A stretch of DNA of 11,006 nucleotides from Octopus sinensis. Its lineage: Eukaryota. Below are positions 8,995-11,006 of the stretch, one piece after another. Position numbers and translations under genes: made by a program. The stretch spans positions 1 through 11,006 of the forward strand of contig NW_021827237.1 in NCBI RefSeq assembly GCF_006345805.1, read 5' to 3'. Position 1 is the first letter of the stretch. The number at the start of each line of letters is the position of its first letter. The notes beneath the pieces were generated by a model. It made no database searches, had not been told where the DNA came from, and saw only the letters and a list, made by a program, of their open reading frames with translations.

Positions 8995-9220
8995 GGCGAG
9001 CTGGCAGAAACGTTAGCACGCTGGGCGAAATGCGTAGCCGTATTTCGTCTGCCGTTACGTTCTGAGTTCAAATTCCGCCGAGGTCGACTTTGCCTTTCGT
9101 CCTTTCGGGGTCGATAAATTAAGTACCAGTTACGCACTGGGGTCGATGTAATCGACTTAATTCGTTTGTCTGTCCTTGTTTATTCCCTCTGTGTTTAGCC
9201 CCTTGTGGGTAATAAAGAAA
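8995..9220 (+). mobile_element. Full-length tRNA-derived SINE (Meta-domain-like body), tail type 2
   Basis: A-box TGGCAGAAACG (9002-9012) and B-box GAGTTCAAATTCC (9064-9076). The central GCCTTTCGTCCTTTCGGGGTCGATAAATTAAGTACCAG resembles the MetaSINE domain as I recall it. Ends in AATAAAGAAA. Confidence 0.92.
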
Positions 9221-9271
9221 CATACAGTCTAGACTTATATGTATATAGATATGCGCGCGTGTATTTATGTA

Positions 9272-9497
9272 CAGTAATCCCTCGATTATCGCGGGGCTCA
9301 CTGTCCAACCCCCTTCCCGCGATAGGTGAAAATCAGTGAAGTAGAAACAGTACTGTACTGTATATATTTTTTTTGTTATTTCTATAAGTTGTATATATTT
9401 ATTTTATTATAAATGCAAAACAACACCACGGAGGAATCGACGTAAAGTTAAATGATAACCCGCGATGAGTGAGACGGGATATGGCGAGGGATTAATG
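9272..9497. mobile_element. Tigger/pogo-like MITE, about 226 bp
   Basis: Left end CAGTAATCCCTCG (9272-9284) vs reverse complement of the right end CATTAATCCCTCG (9485-9497): 12/13 identical. TA at 9270-9271; the right flank reads TC (degraded). Subterminal CCCGCGAT near both ends. Confidence 0.75.
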
Positions 9498-9706
9498 TCG
9501 AGATATATATATATATATAGCAGTTGCAGCAACAGTAATACAACAACAGTAATAATACAGACAACGGTAACCACTGCTTAGTTTTTCCTTGGGGCTGGCC
9601 AGATTGGAGCAATCTCGAGCATAACCAGCCGAAATTGCAAAGATAATCTGGAACTCAACTGAGGAAAGAAAACTTCGAATGTCCCGTCCGTTTTTTTTCT
9701 TGTCAC

Positions 9707-9774
9707 TTTTTTGTATCATCTGTCTGGATGTTTTATTGTCCCTTTTTTGTATCATCTAGCTGTCTGGATGTTTT
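9707..9774 (+). repeat. Local direct duplication
   Basis: TTTTTTGTATCATCTGTCTGGATGTTTT at 9707-9734 recurs at 9743-9774 with a 4-nt insertion. Confidence 0.9.
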
Positions 9775-9892
9775 GCGCTCTCGTCCAATGTTTTTGTATT
9801 CCTTTATATATATATATATAACTTTGATAACTTTGGTAGGTTTCGCGCCCAGTATAGGCCCAGGTCATGTCTAACTTAATAGCACCACCTGG

Positions 9893-9913
9893 TATATATA
9901 TATATATATATAT

Positions 9914-9982
<69 letters not shown>

Positions 9983-10107
9983 ATATATATATATGATAAT
10001 ATATATTATATATATATATACATATATGCATGTATGTATTGTATAGGTCTAGGTAGGTAGGTAGGTAGGTAGGTAGGTTGGTAGATACATTAATATACAT
10101 ACATACA

Positions 10108-10158
<51 letters not shown>

Positions 10159-10210
10159 ATATATATATAATATATATACATAAATATATATGTATATATG
10201 TATATACTAT
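9893..10210. repeat. (AT)n blocks flanking (AGGT)n and (ATAC)n
   Basis: Direct reading; AGGT run at about 10051-10078. Confidence 0.95.
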
Positions 10211-10358
10211 AGACACTCCAATTTTTCATGCAATTAAAGTATGAATTAAAGTATAAAGATTGAAAGAAAGACAAAAGATGGGGGAAACTGAGACCAAAAG
10301 AAACACGGAAGAGAAGAATATATGAAGAGAAATGGGGAAACACGAAGAAAATGAATGT

Positions 10359-10400
10359 AGAAAGAAAGAAAGAAAGAAAGACAAAAGATAGAAAGAAAGC
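10359..10400. repeat. (AAAG)n tract
   Basis: Direct reading. Confidence 0.8.
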
Positions 10401-10515
10401 ATCTGGAACTTATAAATCCACATCCTGTTTGGTAGACATTTTATATTTGGCTAGTTTCCGGTCTGGAAGAAAATGAGCATGAGGTGGAGGTTGTAGTGCC
10501 TATAGCTATAGATGC

Positions 10516-10556
<41 letters not shown>
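10516..10556. repeat. (TAG)n microsatellite
   Basis: Perfect run of about 13 units. Confidence 0.97.
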
Positions 10557-10654
10557 CTGACACACATGTTTCACTCCATGTTGATGTACAAGATAATGCT
10601 GTCAATTGACAAGTGTTGTACTATTAACAAACATGGCCGTGGGATCTTGATGAC

Positions 10655-10682
10655 AATGGCGGCGACAACGACGACGACGATA

Positions 10683-10720
<38 letters not shown>

Positions 10721-10800
10721 AGTGGTGGTGGTGGTGGTGGTGGTGGTTTTGGTGGCGGCGGCGGCGGCGGTGGTGGTGGTGTTGTAATCGCTGGTGGTAG
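10655..10800. repeat. In-phase compound triplet array (GGC/GAC/GAT/GGT)
   Basis: Direct reading. Confidence 0.92.
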
Positions 10801-10825
10801 TTTTGTAAAGAATGGTTATGACGGT

Positions 10826-11006
10826 CGTGATAATGATGAGAGTGAATGTATGTATGTATGTATGTATGTATGTATGTATGTATGTATGTATGTATGTATG
10901 TGTGTATGTATGTATGTATGTATGTATGCATGTGTGTATATGTGTGCATGCATATATATATATATATATATATAATATATATATATATATATAGTATATA
11001 TATATA
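10826..11006. repeat. (ATGT)n followed by (AT)n, running off the window end
   Basis: Direct reading. Confidence 0.95.

Noticed and set aside
8995-9080. tRNA gene at the SINE heads (also 2880-2948)
   Set aside because: A/B boxes are present, but there is no convincing cloverleaf and each continues into a SINE body.
798-10994. ORF-track entries rich in YI/HT/MYVC/VCLF/poly-L, V, M, Q, N or H
   Set aside because: They are translations of microsatellites, which lack stops in several frames. No domain is recognisable and many begin at non-ATG codons.

Overview
AT-rich eukaryotic non-coding DNA, dominated by simple repeats and short mobile elements. The SINE types and microsatellite mix suggest an octopus-like cephalopod genome (inference, not searched). 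No protein-coding gene is supported: nearly all ORFs in the track are translations of microsatellites. Supported content: two tRNA-headed CORE/V-like SINE copies (~135-330 +, ~2708-2948 -); two copies of a second SINE with the same head and body but different tails (4696-4903 -, 8995-9220 +); two TA-flanked pogo/Tc1-mariner-type MITEs (2179-2673, 9272-9497); a GC-rich insert flanked by a perfect 16-bp direct repeat (3625-3906); a 45-49 bp minisatellite with higher-order structure (3988-4355); and a 1.04-kb ATC/GTC triplet array. The most unusual signals are that array, whose variants are almost all synonymous in a poly-Asp frame, a dense CRE/TGTCA motif cluster (8706-8909), and the promoter-less 16-bp-flanked insert. 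No new biological system is demonstrated.
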